A DNA stretch of 64,000 bases from a virus (IMGVR_UViG_2617270876_000003:64001-128000), one strand, 5' to 3'; numbered from the stretch's first letter, positions 20,571 through 30,194 are shown. The notes: generated from the letters alone by a model not told the origin. Numbers and translations: made by a program.

Positions 20571-20966
20571 TCAAACTTTTTTCTTGAATAGTCGCTCAAG
20601 ATAATCCTTTACGGCTTGCACTCTCTTTTCGGCAACAGTAATTGTCCGCTTGGTTTGGTTCTTCGACTCATATATTAATAAATCATATTTATGATCATAA
20701 TCAGGTTTTTTATTTAAATTTGCTAAAATCCCTCTGTCAATCTTCACCATTCCTTCTTCTTTTTCTAGCAAAGCATACTCTTTATCAACGGATGTGCAGT
20801 TTCTAAATCTTCCCCTACTAGTGTAATATACCTTAAAAGATTTTTCTTTTTTTGTTGATTCTGTATTTATGTAGTCTATTTCGTCTAAACTTATCCATTC
20901 AGCTTCATCACTCATTTTCTCTCCATCCCACTTACAAACTATGAATGACTTCATGTTGACTCCCAC
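20571..20966 (-). CDS. stand-alone LytTR DNA-binding protein (AgrA-like output domain, no receiver)
   Basis: WISLDEIDYI...VYYTSRGRF...GMVKIDRGILANLNK...TITVAEKR fits the LytTR pattern (I.YI, hT..G, F.r.dR..lvN). Confidence 0.8.
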   Translation of the reverse strand: MGVNMKSFIVCKWDGEKMSDEAEWISLDEIDYINTESTKKEKSFKVYYTSRGRFRNCTSVDKEYALLEKEEGMVKIDRGILANLNKKPDYDHKYDLLIYESKNQTKRTITVAEKRVQAVKDYLERLFKKKV

Positions 20967-20974
20967 TCTCCTTT

Positions 20975-21017
20975 AAAAAATATGTGCATATACCAATAAA
21001 ATATGTATATGCACATA
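20975..21017 (-). terminator. terminator between agrD and the LytTR gene
   Basis: 13-bp stem TATGTGCATATAC...GTATATGCACATA, followed by T6 on the minus strand. Confidence 0.7.
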
Positions 21018-21023
21018 CCGTTT

Positions 21024-21149
21024 TTATTTCATATCTTCCGGTACATCTTCTCCGTGGAGGATGGTCCAGCTTGCTGTTGCGGTTTGAACTACTGCAAAAA
21101 CAGTCAAAACTGTTCCAAGAATACTCATAATTTTATACTTACTCTTCAT
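21024..21149 (-). CDS. agrD: AgrD-like cyclic lactone autoinducer precursor, 41 aa (not in the ORF track)
   Basis: RBS AAGGAGGTG, then MKSKYKIMSILGTVLTVFAVVQTATASWTILHGEDVPEDMK*: amphipathic leader, putative S-W-T-I-L ring and acidic E..P tail. Its start overlaps the agrB stop. Confidence 0.9.
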   Translation of the reverse strand: MKSKYKIMSILGTVLTVFAVVQTATASWTILHGEDVPEDMK

Positions 21150-21690
21150 TAACTATCACCTCCTTTGCTGGAATATGGATCAAAGTCAAAGCCTGCATAA
21201 ACATTGCCAATGTTACAGTTGGATTCTTTAGTATTAATGAAAAAATAATCAATATTAAAGAAATTATCTTAAAAATATGGAAATTTTCTTTTCTGATTCT
21301 TGTACTATTGTTTATTTTAGAAGGAGAAAATATTAAACATAATAAAAAACTAATAATATTAAAAACAATGGAAAGTGAATCATTTACATATACCGAAATC
21401 TCCGTTATTGACAAGATTAAAAGTGTTGACGCAACAATACAAATATCAGCATTTTTCAAGTGGAATCCACCTGAAAATTGACGCAAGATTGAAAATGACA
21501 ATAAACATATTAAACATTTTATGAGAGTATCAGAATATAGACCATATCCAAATATTAATAACAATGGAAGCAGATTAGTAATAATTAACTTGATCGAATA
21601 TCTAGTTTTTTGATATGATGGCATTTCATCTTTGTAATTATTAGTTAGCCATCGAGCAATAAATTCAGAAAAATAATTAATCAATATCAT
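21139..21690 (-). CDS. agrB: AgrB-family membrane peptidase
   Basis: LRQFSGGFHLKNADIC retains the R-x6-H-x6-C catalytic spacing of AgrB. Multi-TM, with an FSP motif. Confidence 0.92.
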   Translation of the reverse strand: MILINYFSEFIARWLTNNYKDEMPSYQKTRYSIKLIITNLLPLLLIFGYGLYSDTLIKCLICLLSFSILRQFSGGFHLKNADICIVASTLLILSITEISVYVNDSLSIVFNIISFLLCLIFSPSKINNSTRIRKENFHIFKIISLILIIFSLILKNPTVTLAMFMQALTLIHIPAKEVIVNEE

Positions 21691-22330
21691 CCCTCATTTG
21701 TTTTTTGGTTTCAAGAACATAAATATTAAAAATACATAATATCCAAAACAGAATTTCTACTATTATATTATTAAACCTTGAAATATTGAGAAACATTATT
21801 ACAACCACTATAGAAGAAAGTATCAAAATTGTGTTTACTTTTGTGAATTTAATTTTATATGAATAATCATAAGGGAGAGTAGTAAAGTATAATCTTTTTC
21901 TTCTCATCAAAACACTTGATAATATCATAATTGATCCACTAATAATTTGAAGTAAACATCTTAAAAAATCGTTCTCTTGAATTTCTGAAATATTTGTATG
22001 TATAACCATAGTTGTAATAAGCACCAATACCAATTGAATTATCGCCTGTGAAACAAATCCTATTATTGTTAATCTAATAGATGAAAATACTGAAATTCTA
22101 AAATAAAATAATAACGATAAAAATAATAATATTAAACTGAACACAGATGTATAATTTTGAAAGTTATCGTGTTGGCTCAAAAAATAATTGCCAGTTGATA
22201 TAATAAACGCCGTAAGGAATATTTCTTTCCAATAACTTTTTAAATCAACTTTGAATGATCCAAAAGCAAATGTCAGAATTGAAACACCATCAATCATTGA
22301 AAACAGTATGTATACCAAAGCACTTCCCAT
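21677..22330 (-). CDS. polytopic membrane protein, AgrC-sensor-like but with no histidine kinase domain
   Basis: About 7 TM helices, coupled to agrB. It ends immediately after the last TM, with no H-box or HATPase. Confidence 0.7.
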   Translation of the reverse strand: MGSALVYILFSMIDGVSILTFAFGSFKVDLKSYWKEIFLTAFIISTGNYFLSQHDNFQNYTSVFSLILLFLSLLFYFRISVFSSIRLTIIGFVSQAIIQLVLVLITTMVIHTNISEIQENDFLRCLLQIISGSIMILSSVLMRRKRLYFTTLPYDYSYKIKFTKVNTILILSSIVVVIMFLNISRFNNIIVEILFWILCIFNIYVLETKKQMRDDID

Positions 22331-22381
22331 TACCCTTCCCCCGTTCGATTTATAAAGTAAATATAATTAACTTATGAATTA

Positions 22382-22409
22382 ATAATACCACAATATTCTA
22401 GCATGTCAA
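22382..22409 (-). promoter_or_regulatory. sigma-A promoter of the agr-like operon
   Basis: TTGACA-16 bp-TATTAT with extended TG. Confidence 0.7.
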
Positions 22410-22420
22410 CACTAAAATTC

Positions 22421-22454
22421 AAAAAAAAAGAAACGGGCTATTCTCCCGTTTCTT
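22421..22454 (-). terminator. terminator of the yopQ/yopR-like operon
   Basis: AAGAAACGGG/CCCGTTTCTT stem followed by a T-tract on the minus strand. Confidence 0.75.
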
Positions 22455-23442
22455 CGTCACCAATTAGTGGGTATAAAGATTCAATAGTTTCAATGTTTAG
22501 GAAGTCTGTTGTTAAGCGATTTACTCCTTTATAATCAATGTCAAACTTTCTACATACTTTCATTAGCTCTGTGCGTTCAAACTTGCCACTCTCACGATAA
22601 AGCTCATTTGCGTACTTCAACATACCCGATTTTCTGATATTAATTGGTGTTAAGTATGGGTAATCGAACCATTTGGCTATTTTTTTTATTCGTCTTGAGA
22701 CCAAGTTCGGTGGAGCATTATCTATATATTTTACATTTAATGCAACTGGTCTAAATACATAAGGAGACTCAATTAACTCTGCATCTCTAGCTTTAATAAA
22801 AACACTTTCGTTTCCGTTTGACTTATAATACACGGTTTGATGTGCAGCACTATATAGTAAGTTCATTAATTTTTGACTTATTTCTATTTCCCTTGTTTCC
22901 AGTGGCCCTTCTGCTGGTTTATTGCGAAGCGTAATATAACCATTTCCCCGGTCTACATCTTTCTCTAAGATATTTAATATTTCTGAGTATGCTCTTCCCA
23001 TTATCCCCTCGAATAAACACTGTATCAATGCAGAGTCTTGGGGATTGACAATGCGCCCAATAAACGAATTAATTTCTTCATCCGAAAACAAATATTTATT
23101 ACTTGTATCCACATAACTTTGTATTAATTCATCAGTTAGAGCTGCATCTAAAGGATTTATATTGTCAGCCCTAAGGTCTTCTTTAATTGCCCATCTTATA
23201 TATCTTCTAATTGTTAGTATCTGTGATTTACTTGACAAAAAAGTTGTTGGTGAAAGTAATTTCATTAACTGCCCAATTTCATACAAATTAAAATTAAATA
23301 AATCTTTGTTTAATTGCTCTTCTAAATAAGAGGCTCTTTTCAATACCCTAGAATAAGTATTGTATGTAGATTCCTCTAATCCCTTTAGATATCGATCTTT
23401 CTGGGGTTTATTAAAAAATTTATCTTCATATATTTTATTCAT
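22438..23442 (-). CDS. yopR: YopR/MrpR-like lytic-cycle repressor (degenerate tyrosine-recombinase fold)
   Basis: FN...K..YL, EE.LNKDLFNF, YI.WA, VNPQD..LI..LFEGI.G..YSE.L, YY.SNG and LTP.NI.KSG.L match SPbeta YopR as I recall it. The GxRxxE Arg and the HxLR His are substituted. Confidence 0.85.
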   Translation of the reverse strand: MNKIYEDKFFNKPQKDRYLKGLEESTYNTYSRVLKRASYLEEQLNKDLFNFNLYEIGQLMKLLSPTTFLSSKSQILTIRRYIRWAIKEDLRADNINPLDAALTDELIQSYVDTSNKYLFSDEEINSFIGRIVNPQDSALIQCLFEGIMGRAYSEILNILEKDVDRGNGYITLRNKPAEGPLETREIEISQKLMNLLYSAAHQTVYYKSNGNESVFIKARDAELIESPYVFRPVALNVKYIDNAPPNLVSRRIKKIAKWFDYPYLTPINIRKSGMLKYANELYRESGKFERTELMKVCRKFDIDYKGVNRLTTDFLNIETIESLYPLIGDEETGE

Positions 23443-24764
23443 TTTTTCTCCCCGCTTTCAACAAGAGCGTTGAAATATTTTAATACCTTTTTTCTTAAGG
23501 CTGATGAATTAATACCTCTTTTAGTATCACTAAGCAATCCATTTAGCTCTTCATCTTTTAAATTTAAGTTTTCAACATAGTTCTTTAATTCTTTTAATTC
23601 AATATTGTTGTCTTGAAAATACTTGGCAATTACAGTATATCCAATAAACATCAAAGGATGATTAATATTTGTGTCTTTGTATTTTTGAGGGCTTAATAAA
23701 AACTGGTCAACAAAACTTCCCGTCAGATAATCATAAAATTTAATCAGATATGTCGCCACTTCTCTTGCTTCAAGATTACTTTTTGGCTTAAATACATTTT
23801 CAATAGCATAAGACATTATATCAAATGTTGTAAGTTGCCCTGCAATTTCTGAAATTTTTGGCGATGATGCAATTTTTCCTTTTAGGTCTGACTTTTGTTG
23901 AAGTTCCTGTACAACAATGTCTTCTTTTCCTTCTGAAATCAATTCTTTTCTTCTTTGTTCCGGCACAACATTTATCGTATTTATTTGACCAAAAAATCTT
24001 TTTGCTGTTTCATCATTATAAACCCTAATCGACAAACCCATCATTTGAGGAAGTTCTGAATTAATTGATATAGCTCTAATCCCACCTTGAAGTCGATGAA
24101 ATCCATCAAGAATCGAAATTATCACATTTTCATTTATTATAAGTGTTTTCGCTTCCTCATTATATTCTACTGGATTATCACTATCTGAATATATATTTAA
24201 TGTTATGGTATCGTCCAAATAATTTTCTTTTAACATCTCTCTGGAAATGTCTTCAACACTTGATGGATTAATATCTGGTACCTGTACAATCCCATCTCTT
24301 CCTGCTATATATTTTGCGCTTCGTTGAGTTTCGAATTTATAAATAATTAATTGTGAATGAAACATTTGCACTAAATAAGACATCTCAACCTTGGTCAAGT
24401 AACTATTCTGTGTCACTCTTATTACATCATTAAATGCAATTGGCAAATATATTCGGTTTTCTTTTGTGTAAAGTGATCTAGCGTGTTTTTTAGATGTTTC
24501 AATCTCATTCTCAGTAAACCACTCCTTAGGATCTACATCCTTATAACCTGTAATTTGGTAAATTCCATCTGTTAATAAACAAAGAACAGGAGACTCAATT
24601 AAAGATACTTGTTGTATACCTTTAACGATATCTTCAAATGTTCCCAGTGGAATTCCATACTCCAAAAGATAACTACTTATATTGAATATTTTCTTTCTCG
24701 ATTTTTTTACTTCCCTTATTCTTTCTTGAATATGCAATTCAAGTTCTTCCCGATCTTTTAACAT
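23439..24764 (-). CDS. yopQ: YopQ-like DndB/DGQHR (ParB-fold) protein
   Basis: ETQR, ITLN, ILDGFHRL and F.QIN motifs, coupled upstream of the yopR-like gene as in SPbeta. Confidence 0.82.
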   Translation of the reverse strand: MLKDREELELHIQERIREVKKSRKKIFNISSYLLEYGIPLGTFEDIVKGIQQVSLIESPVLCLLTDGIYQITGYKDVDPKEWFTENEIETSKKHARSLYTKENRIYLPIAFNDVIRVTQNSYLTKVEMSYLVQMFHSQLIIYKFETQRSAKYIAGRDGIVQVPDINPSSVEDISREMLKENYLDDTITLNIYSDSDNPVEYNEEAKTLIINENVIISILDGFHRLQGGIRAISINSELPQMMGLSIRVYNDETAKRFFGQINTINVVPEQRRKELISEGKEDIVVQELQQKSDLKGKIASSPKISEIAGQLTTFDIMSYAIENVFKPKSNLEAREVATYLIKFYDYLTGSFVDQFLLSPQKYKDTNINHPLMFIGYTVIAKYFQDNNIELKELKNYVENLNLKDEELNGLLSDTKRGINSSALRKKVLKYFNALVESGEKK

Positions 24765-24818
24765 ATTTTCACTCCTTCTTTATTTAAATTATAACACAAA
24801 AATAAACTATGTTATAAT

Positions 24819-25610
24819 TTAAATGATTTTTCCCTTAAATATAGTTAACAAATTTTTTTGATTTAAACTTGTGTAAATTATTTTTTGACTAATATCTATC
24901 AAGGTATGTCTGTCCATATTTCTAATATTATCAACTATTTTTTGTCTATATATTTTAAAGCATTGATCGCAATATATTTCACTTTCATCATTTGGTGTGA
25001 ATTGCCTAAAACAATTGTGTTCAGCACACACTTTATCTTTAACACTCACAGATGTCCCATATGGCCTGTATCCAGCTTTCTTCATTGCTTCTGTCCAAGA
25101 CACCCCTAATGTACTTAAAGCGTCTCTAGATGGCTTTAATTTGTTCTGCTTGTATTCATCGCTAGTTGGTATGTACCCAAGTTGTTTAATTGTATTTTTC
25201 AACTCTCTAACAGCATCATCCACTGACAAGTACTTACTATTCGCTAATTTAACATTTGCTACTTTGGCTATTTCATCCCAACCATAATGCTTGCTAATAT
25301 AGTCACTGCTGGGAGTTAAACTTGGCTTATAATTATCATATAATGTCTTTGATACTTCTCCGCGTTCAAGGTTTATGATCTTAAAGTTACTTATTGCTTT
25401 AATCCTATTCTCCTTTTTTAAAAACTCATCTTTGTTGTCTATCTCGCACAAATTTAACAACTCGGAGAACTCAATATTTAAGTTCTTTTTTAGTATTTCC
25501 CAACTTGGCAAATCTCCTCTATGCTTATCATAAAGCATTGTTGTTAAATATCCACCAGCTTGATTTGCAGCATATTGTATTTTCTTTATTACTACTTTGT
25601 CTAACTTCAT
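24819..25610 (-). CDS. protein with homing-endonuclease-associated repeats and a Zn ribbon
   Basis: Repeated Y......PS.........W units (LGYIPTSDEY...PS...SWTEAMKKAG) and CAEHNC...YCDQC. Confidence 0.65.
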   Translation of the reverse strand: MKLDKVVIKKIQYAANQAGGYLTTMLYDKHRGDLPSWEILKKNLNIEFSELLNLCEIDNKDEFLKKENRIKAISNFKIINLERGEVSKTLYDNYKPSLTPSSDYISKHYGWDEIAKVANVKLANSKYLSVDDAVRELKNTIKQLGYIPTSDEYKQNKLKPSRDALSTLGVSWTEAMKKAGYRPYGTSVSVKDKVCAEHNCFRQFTPNDESEIYCDQCFKIYRQKIVDNIRNMDRHTLIDISQKIIYTSLNQKNLLTIFKGKII

Positions 25611-26101
25611 GACTGCTCCTCTTCATTATTAGAATAGTAATAAGCCTTACCTTTATTAGTATTAATCATTCCCAATTGTTCCTGAAGATAAACTTTCGAT
25701 TTACACTTAGTACAGATAGTTTCAGGCATCTTATAGATCAAATCGGTTGTATATTGTGTACTACATTTTTTACATTCGACTCTTGCAACAATCTGTTTTA
25801 CTTCATATGCTTCTAATAATTCTTTACTCTCTAGTATCTCTTTTGGTTGGATAACTTCTAGTTGTCTACGTTGTTCTGAATATACATTATGTACTTTATA
25901 GTCAGCTACGCAGTTTGGATTTAGTCCAAAATGCTCATCCCCAACATAGGTCACAAACCTAGTTCCAATTTTAAAACAATCAATCCACTCTTTTATCTGT
26001 ACAAGAGATAGGTTTACCGTACCTTTAATACCACTATTAAGTGTGTAAGTCATTGTATATAATGTATCCACTTCAATCAATTTATCACCTCCAATTCTCA
26101 C
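25607..26101 (-). CDS. hypothetical protein with a C-terminal Zn ribbon
   Basis: CKKC...CTKC. Confidence 0.65.
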   Translation of the reverse strand: MRIGGDKLIEVDTLYTMTYTLNSGIKGTVNLSLVQIKEWIDCFKIGTRFVTYVGDEHFGLNPNCVADYKVHNVYSEQRRQLEVIQPKEILESKELLEAYEVKQIVARVECKKCSTQYTTDLIYKMPETICTKCKSKVYLQEQLGMINTNKGKAYYYSNNEEEQS

Positions 26102-26260
26102 ATTACTATAATTACAATAAATTGCAAGACTTTTTCGTGCTCCAGATTCTAGTTGTTAAAAGACAAAAAGACCCCACATATTATTTTCAATATGTATAGG
26201 ATCTTTAATCTAATAATTTATTGCTATGCAGTTGTTGTGAAATGCCAATTTTATATATTT

Positions 26261-27616
26261 TTAAATTGCATTACCGAGTCCACGAATTTCATTTAATTCC
26301 TGTATAGTGTATCGCTTTCCCTCAATACCAAGATAATATTCTTCATCCTTTATTACCTTAGCTTCTTCATAATCCTCGATGGCGTATTTCTTCACTTCAT
26401 CAATAAAAATGCTTAATTTATAAACCAATACTCGATTTTTTTCAATATCTACTATATCAACTTCATCCCTTATGTGTGATTCATCATGAATTCTAAAACT
26501 TAATTTACGTTCAAAGTATTGGAATCTATCATTTACTAATTCTAAAACTATTTCCTTTGAGTTGTTACTGTAGATATTACTTATTTTTAACAAATTCTTC
26601 ATATTAAGCACTGCTTTGGGCTTGCTATCTAATAGCAAATGACCAAAATAATCAACAATTTTTTTGAATGGGCAGCTAATCCATATGCCACCTGCATACA
26701 CATTTAAACTCATAATGAATTCTTCGGCATCGTAATTAATGTCTTCAACGTCTAGTTCTAGTGTTTGTAGCATTGAAACAATCTCTGGTTCAATCCGTTT
26801 TATAAAACTTTTCTCATGAATGAATTCTATTGTGCTAAAATCTATGTACCCTGTTTCTTTTAATTGCTTTATCACAGTATCCTTTTTATTTCTATCAAGC
26901 CATCTAATTATATTTTTAGTTGCTACAAATTTGCTATTTTTATGAGTAGTCTCAAACTGATTCATTTCCTCAACAAACCCATGATATCTTTTGAACATTT
27001 TCCCAATCACTTCGAATGTCGAATCGTTATATTTAAGATTTAGAAACCCTTCATATTTTTCTTTTATTTGATCTCTTAATTGTAAATATGGTATCCGAAT
27101 TGAATTTGGTATTAAAATATCATAACTGTCTAATTTCCTTTCCCATGTTTCAATAATATTATCTATTCCATTAAAATGTTTATTAACATCTCCCATACGT
27201 TTAACTTTCCTGGCTTCTGAAACTAGTTGAGAACGTGTCTTGCCATATTGAAGACCCTCAAAATCAACAAACTCATTAATGCAATCACTACCAACATTCA
27301 AAGTAATTCCATTCACCTTATTTTTAATATAATGAATAAGTCTGTTGGGAGTACCACACAATGCACAACGGATACGTTTATCTCCTAAATCTTCAACAGG
27401 ATAAAGTAGATCCTCGTTCCCTTTCCATTCTTCACCAGCTTGTTTGATAATAAAAGGTGCTACATTAATAAAATCGCTGTGATATTCATCCCCAACGTCA
27501 CTTGCAATAAGTTTCGTATTCTTTTTCAGTAGTTGGAAAAGCCAAGGAAATTCTTGAGTAACAGCACTATTGAGCAACAAATTTCGTTGTTTCTTACTGA
27601 TCTTTAATTCACTCAA
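26261..27616 (-). CDS. 451-aa hypothetical protein with a CxxC...N..NG..L.VGSDCI domain
   Basis: Long ORF with AGGAGG RBS and its own promoter (TTGTAC-17 bp-TAAAAT at about 27662-27690), bounded by sites 26237 and 27725. Confidence 0.8.
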   Translation of the reverse strand: MSELKISKKQRNLLLNSAVTQEFPWLFQLLKKNTKLIASDVGDEYHSDFINVAPFIIKQAGEEWKGNEDLLYPVEDLGDKRIRCALCGTPNRLIHYIKNKVNGITLNVGSDCINEFVDFEGLQYGKTRSQLVSEARKVKRMGDVNKHFNGIDNIIETWERKLDSYDILIPNSIRIPYLQLRDQIKEKYEGFLNLKYNDSTFEVIGKMFKRYHGFVEEMNQFETTHKNSKFVATKNIIRWLDRNKKDTVIKQLKETGYIDFSTIEFIHEKSFIKRIEPEIVSMLQTLELDVEDINYDAEEFIMSLNVYAGGIWISCPFKKIVDYFGHLLLDSKPKAVLNMKNLLKISNIYSNNSKEIVLELVNDRFQYFERKLSFRIHDESHIRDEVDIVDIEKNRVLVYKLSIFIDEVKKYAIEDYEEAKVIKDEEYYLGIEGKRYTIQELNEIRGLGNAI

Positions 27617-27742
27617 AAAAAAGTCCTCCTAAACAAAATAAGAATATATGTTTGTAAGAATATTTTACCATAACTAACTCAATAGTACAAACCAATTACC
27701 CATTTTTTGTGATTCGAAATACTCATAAAAACGATATTTCAA

Positions 27743-28270
27743 TCAAAATTCTACTCGTTTTCTTGCTACAAAATGTTCTACTTTATTAATTTTATCTAGA
27801 GTTATTCTACCTGTAACTCCCTGTAACCACTCGCCTGTTCCACTCCAGTTTGAATTAATATTTCTATTCAAATCAAATATTCTTTCCCAACTTTCTTCTT
27901 TGGTTATGCTTAGTTCTCCTCTGTAAAACGCTTCGTATTCATCTTCACTATCTGCGTTAAACGAATCGTTTAATACCATATGCCAGTTCTCAAAATCCGA
28001 AATAAGAACATCTTTTTCGTCTAATTCAACAGTTAACCTTACACATTTGGTCCCACTCTCAAAATGACTTGTAGACCTCATATCTGGCTTTTTGAGCCAC
28101 AACCACACTGGGTACTCTCCATTGTATTCAGGAAGTCTCAAAGCCATCTGCTGCATCATCCATTTATATTCTTCTGGATATAGAGCATACTCTTCTGAAC
28201 CTTCAATATACCCCAATTTTTTGAATTCATTCCAAACTTCTTCGGTTTTAAGTGTCCAATATTTTGTCAT
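27743..28270 (-). CDS. DUF3841 family protein
   Basis: Y.WM..QM..RL.......YPVWLW...PD.R...VL.SDF..WH..LN...ESWERIFD. Confidence 0.85.
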   Translation of the reverse strand: MTKYWTLKTEEVWNEFKKLGYIEGSEEYALYPEEYKWMMQQMALRLPEYNGEYPVWLWLKKPDMRSTSHFESGTKCVRLTVELDEKDVLISDFENWHMVLNDSFNADSEDEYEAFYRGELSITKEESWERIFDLNRNINSNWSGTGEWLQGVTGRITLDKINKVEHFVARKRVEF

Positions 28271-28301
28271 CTATGCATATTCCTTCGAAATGTTGTTTTT
28301 A

Positions 28302-28553
28302 TTATAATCCCAGTTTTTCAAATCTTTCTTCCGCCTCAGTTTTAGGTTTAATTGGTACACCTCTAGAAGTATCCCATCCAAGCGTAAACACCGTACTTTG
28401 ATGTCTCTCAACGGGATGCCCGTAGTCAGTTGTGTGAATATTTAAAAGTACCCACCCTGCTTATAGGAAAAGATTAATTTTTTCTGTATTATTGTCTTGA
28501 TAAATCTCTATATACTTTTCTAAATTTATACGAACAATTTCTTTGTCATACAT
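28302..28553 (-). pseudogene. 84-codon gene interrupted by an in-frame TAA (28461-28463)
   Basis: MYDKEIV...INLFL*AGWVLLNIHTTDYGHP...FTLGWD...KLGL*, with RBS, bounded by sites 28285 and 28571. Confidence 0.7.
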
Positions 28554-28613
28554 TATTATCATTCCTCTCTATCAAATCATCGCTTTATGATTTTTCTTTG
28601 TTCTTTTTTAACA

Positions 28614-28859
28614 TCATAGCCAATGCTCTGTTCCGATACTTTTTTCTATAACAATTGTATGACCATCAATAAAAGTCAATTTTCCTGTCATTAGAACAAA
28701 ATTATCAACTTTTTCAGGATTGACTCTATAGCGTCCTAAGTCCACATAATTTTGATTCTTCGCAATTTCCTCCATGTCATAATCCTTAAGTGGATAAAAA
28801 GTTTCTCCTTTGGCTGTATGGATTATTACGTCTCTATTGATTTCTGGTTTGTCGTTCAT
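28614..28859 (-). CDS. small protein, possibly degenerate LytTR-like
   Basis: VIIHTAKGETFY...YVDLGRYRVNPEKV. Confidence 0.5.
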   Translation of the reverse strand: MNDKPEINRDVIIHTAKGETFYPLKDYDMEEIAKNQNYVDLGRYRVNPEKVDNFVLMTGKLTFIDGHTIVIEKSIGTEHWL

Positions 28860-28888
28860 GGCTCCAATCTTCCTTTCTTTTAAAACCG

Positions 28889-29134
28889 TTATTTCAAAGA
28901 TATTTTATCGATCTTAGCCTTACACTCCAGCCATGTTTCAAGCAGCCAATCCTCTACCTCTCGACCTCTATATGCCTTAATATCCTTCTCGCCACTCTTT
29001 GAAAATATAATTGTTCCGTCACCAACAAAGGTGGAAGCCCATCCATTATAGGGAAAGTTCTTGATTACATGATAATTAATTTCTTCATTGGTGATTAAAT
29101 CTCGCTTCGCAATAATATCATTGAAATCACTCAT
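28889..29134 (-). CDS. hypothetical protein
   Basis: 81 aa, bounded by sites 28880 and 29152. Confidence 0.7.
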   Translation of the reverse strand: MSDFNDIIAKRDLITNEEINYHVIKNFPYNGWASTFVGDGTIIFSKSGEKDIKAYRGREVEDWLLETWLECKAKIDKISLK

Positions 29135-29165
29135 CTTAATATCAACTCCTTATAAAATAGTCCTT

Positions 29166-30194
29166 TTACAAATTCAATTGAAGCAGTGTGTTCAAAACGA
29201 GTTTATCAGGTCTCAGATAATTCTTATAGTATTCATGATTACTTTTCTTGATTTCCATTAATAGTTCTTTATCTTTGTAAAGTTTCCTCACTTGTTCTAC
29301 ACACTCTAAAGGGTTGTTAAACTCTAGATAATGCTGATTATTATAAAAACTTGGAACATAATAATATAACTTCTCTGCAACAATTGCTTTGCTGGCAGCA
29401 ACATATTCAGCAAGCTTCCAGCCGTTAGATTTATGAAGTCCGATAGTTGATATGCATATATCGGAATCTCTAACTAGTCTTATATAATTTTCTTTTTTTG
29501 TAGCTGAATCATCTAATACACAATCTGAATATAGTTCTAAGGCTTCTTTTCGTGTTGAAAATCCACCAGTAAAGTCTTCACCAAACTCCTTGCGTAGCAT
29601 CCGAATACATGTGGCTCTTGTATCATTAATATGTCTGAATTCGTCTTGTTCTAAGCCTGGAGCTTCATCGATTCCCCACGTTCTAGCCATAAATAGAATC
29701 CTTGGCTTATTAATTGGCTCCTTTGGATCATGTTCGAATCTATCTACATAAAACTGTTGATGATAATTCTTGCCCATTGCCTCTTTTATGCACCAATTCA
29801 TACGTTCGCTAAAATTTTTATATGTTTTATCCATAATATTGTTCTTGGTTGTTACAAAATAATTTAATCCAAGTGGACGAACTTTCTTAGCAAAGTCATA
29901 ATGTGAGTGTTCATTTTCATTAAAACTTCTTTTAAAAACAAAATTGGAACGCTCAATAACTTTTTGAACTCTATCTAAATCAAAATGATAACCGTCTGCC
30001 ATATCATAAGCAATTCTTATGCTCCCATTAACTACAACTTCTATAATAGACAAAATACAAGAGTCAGATATCTCAACATCGAGATTTATTAACCTCTGAT
30101 CAGCAAGCATTTTGTAACCTGTAATAATTTGATGTAAGTGACCTTCTGTTCGTCTAGGATGTGGAGTGTATAATCTGCAACTGTACTTTGTCAT
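29166..30194 (-). CDS. glycosyltransferase (GT-B, CgeB/Glyco_trans_1_2-like C-terminus)
   Basis: YI.LVRDSDICIST.GLH.SNGWKLAEYVAASKAIVAE...F.....Y..F...N.EYY..YL.P. Confidence 0.8.
   Translation of the reverse strand: MTKYSCRLYTPHPRRTEGHLHQIITGYKMLADQRLINLDVEISDSCILSIIEVVVNGSIRIAYDMADGYHFDLDRVQKVIERSNFVFKRSFNENEHSHYDFAKKVRPLGLNYFVTTKNNIMDKTYKNFSERMNWCIKEAMGKNYHQQFYVDRFEHDPKEPINKPRILFMARTWGIDEAPGLEQDEFRHINDTRATCIRMLRKEFGEDFTGGFSTRKEALELYSDCVLDDSATKKENYIRLVRDSDICISTIGLHKSNGWKLAEYVAASKAIVAEKLYYYVPSFYNNQHYLEFNNPLECVEQVRKLYKDKELLMEIKKSNHEYYKNYLRPDKLVLNTLLQLNL

Noticed and set aside
21677-22330. Truncated AgrC pseudogene
   Set aside because: The stop overlaps the agrB start cleanly and no kinase-domain remnant follows, so it appears to be a complete kinase-less protein.
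22438-23442. Active phage integrase
   Set aside because: The catalytic Arg and His positions are substituted. Sequence and synteny match the YopR/MrpR repressor.
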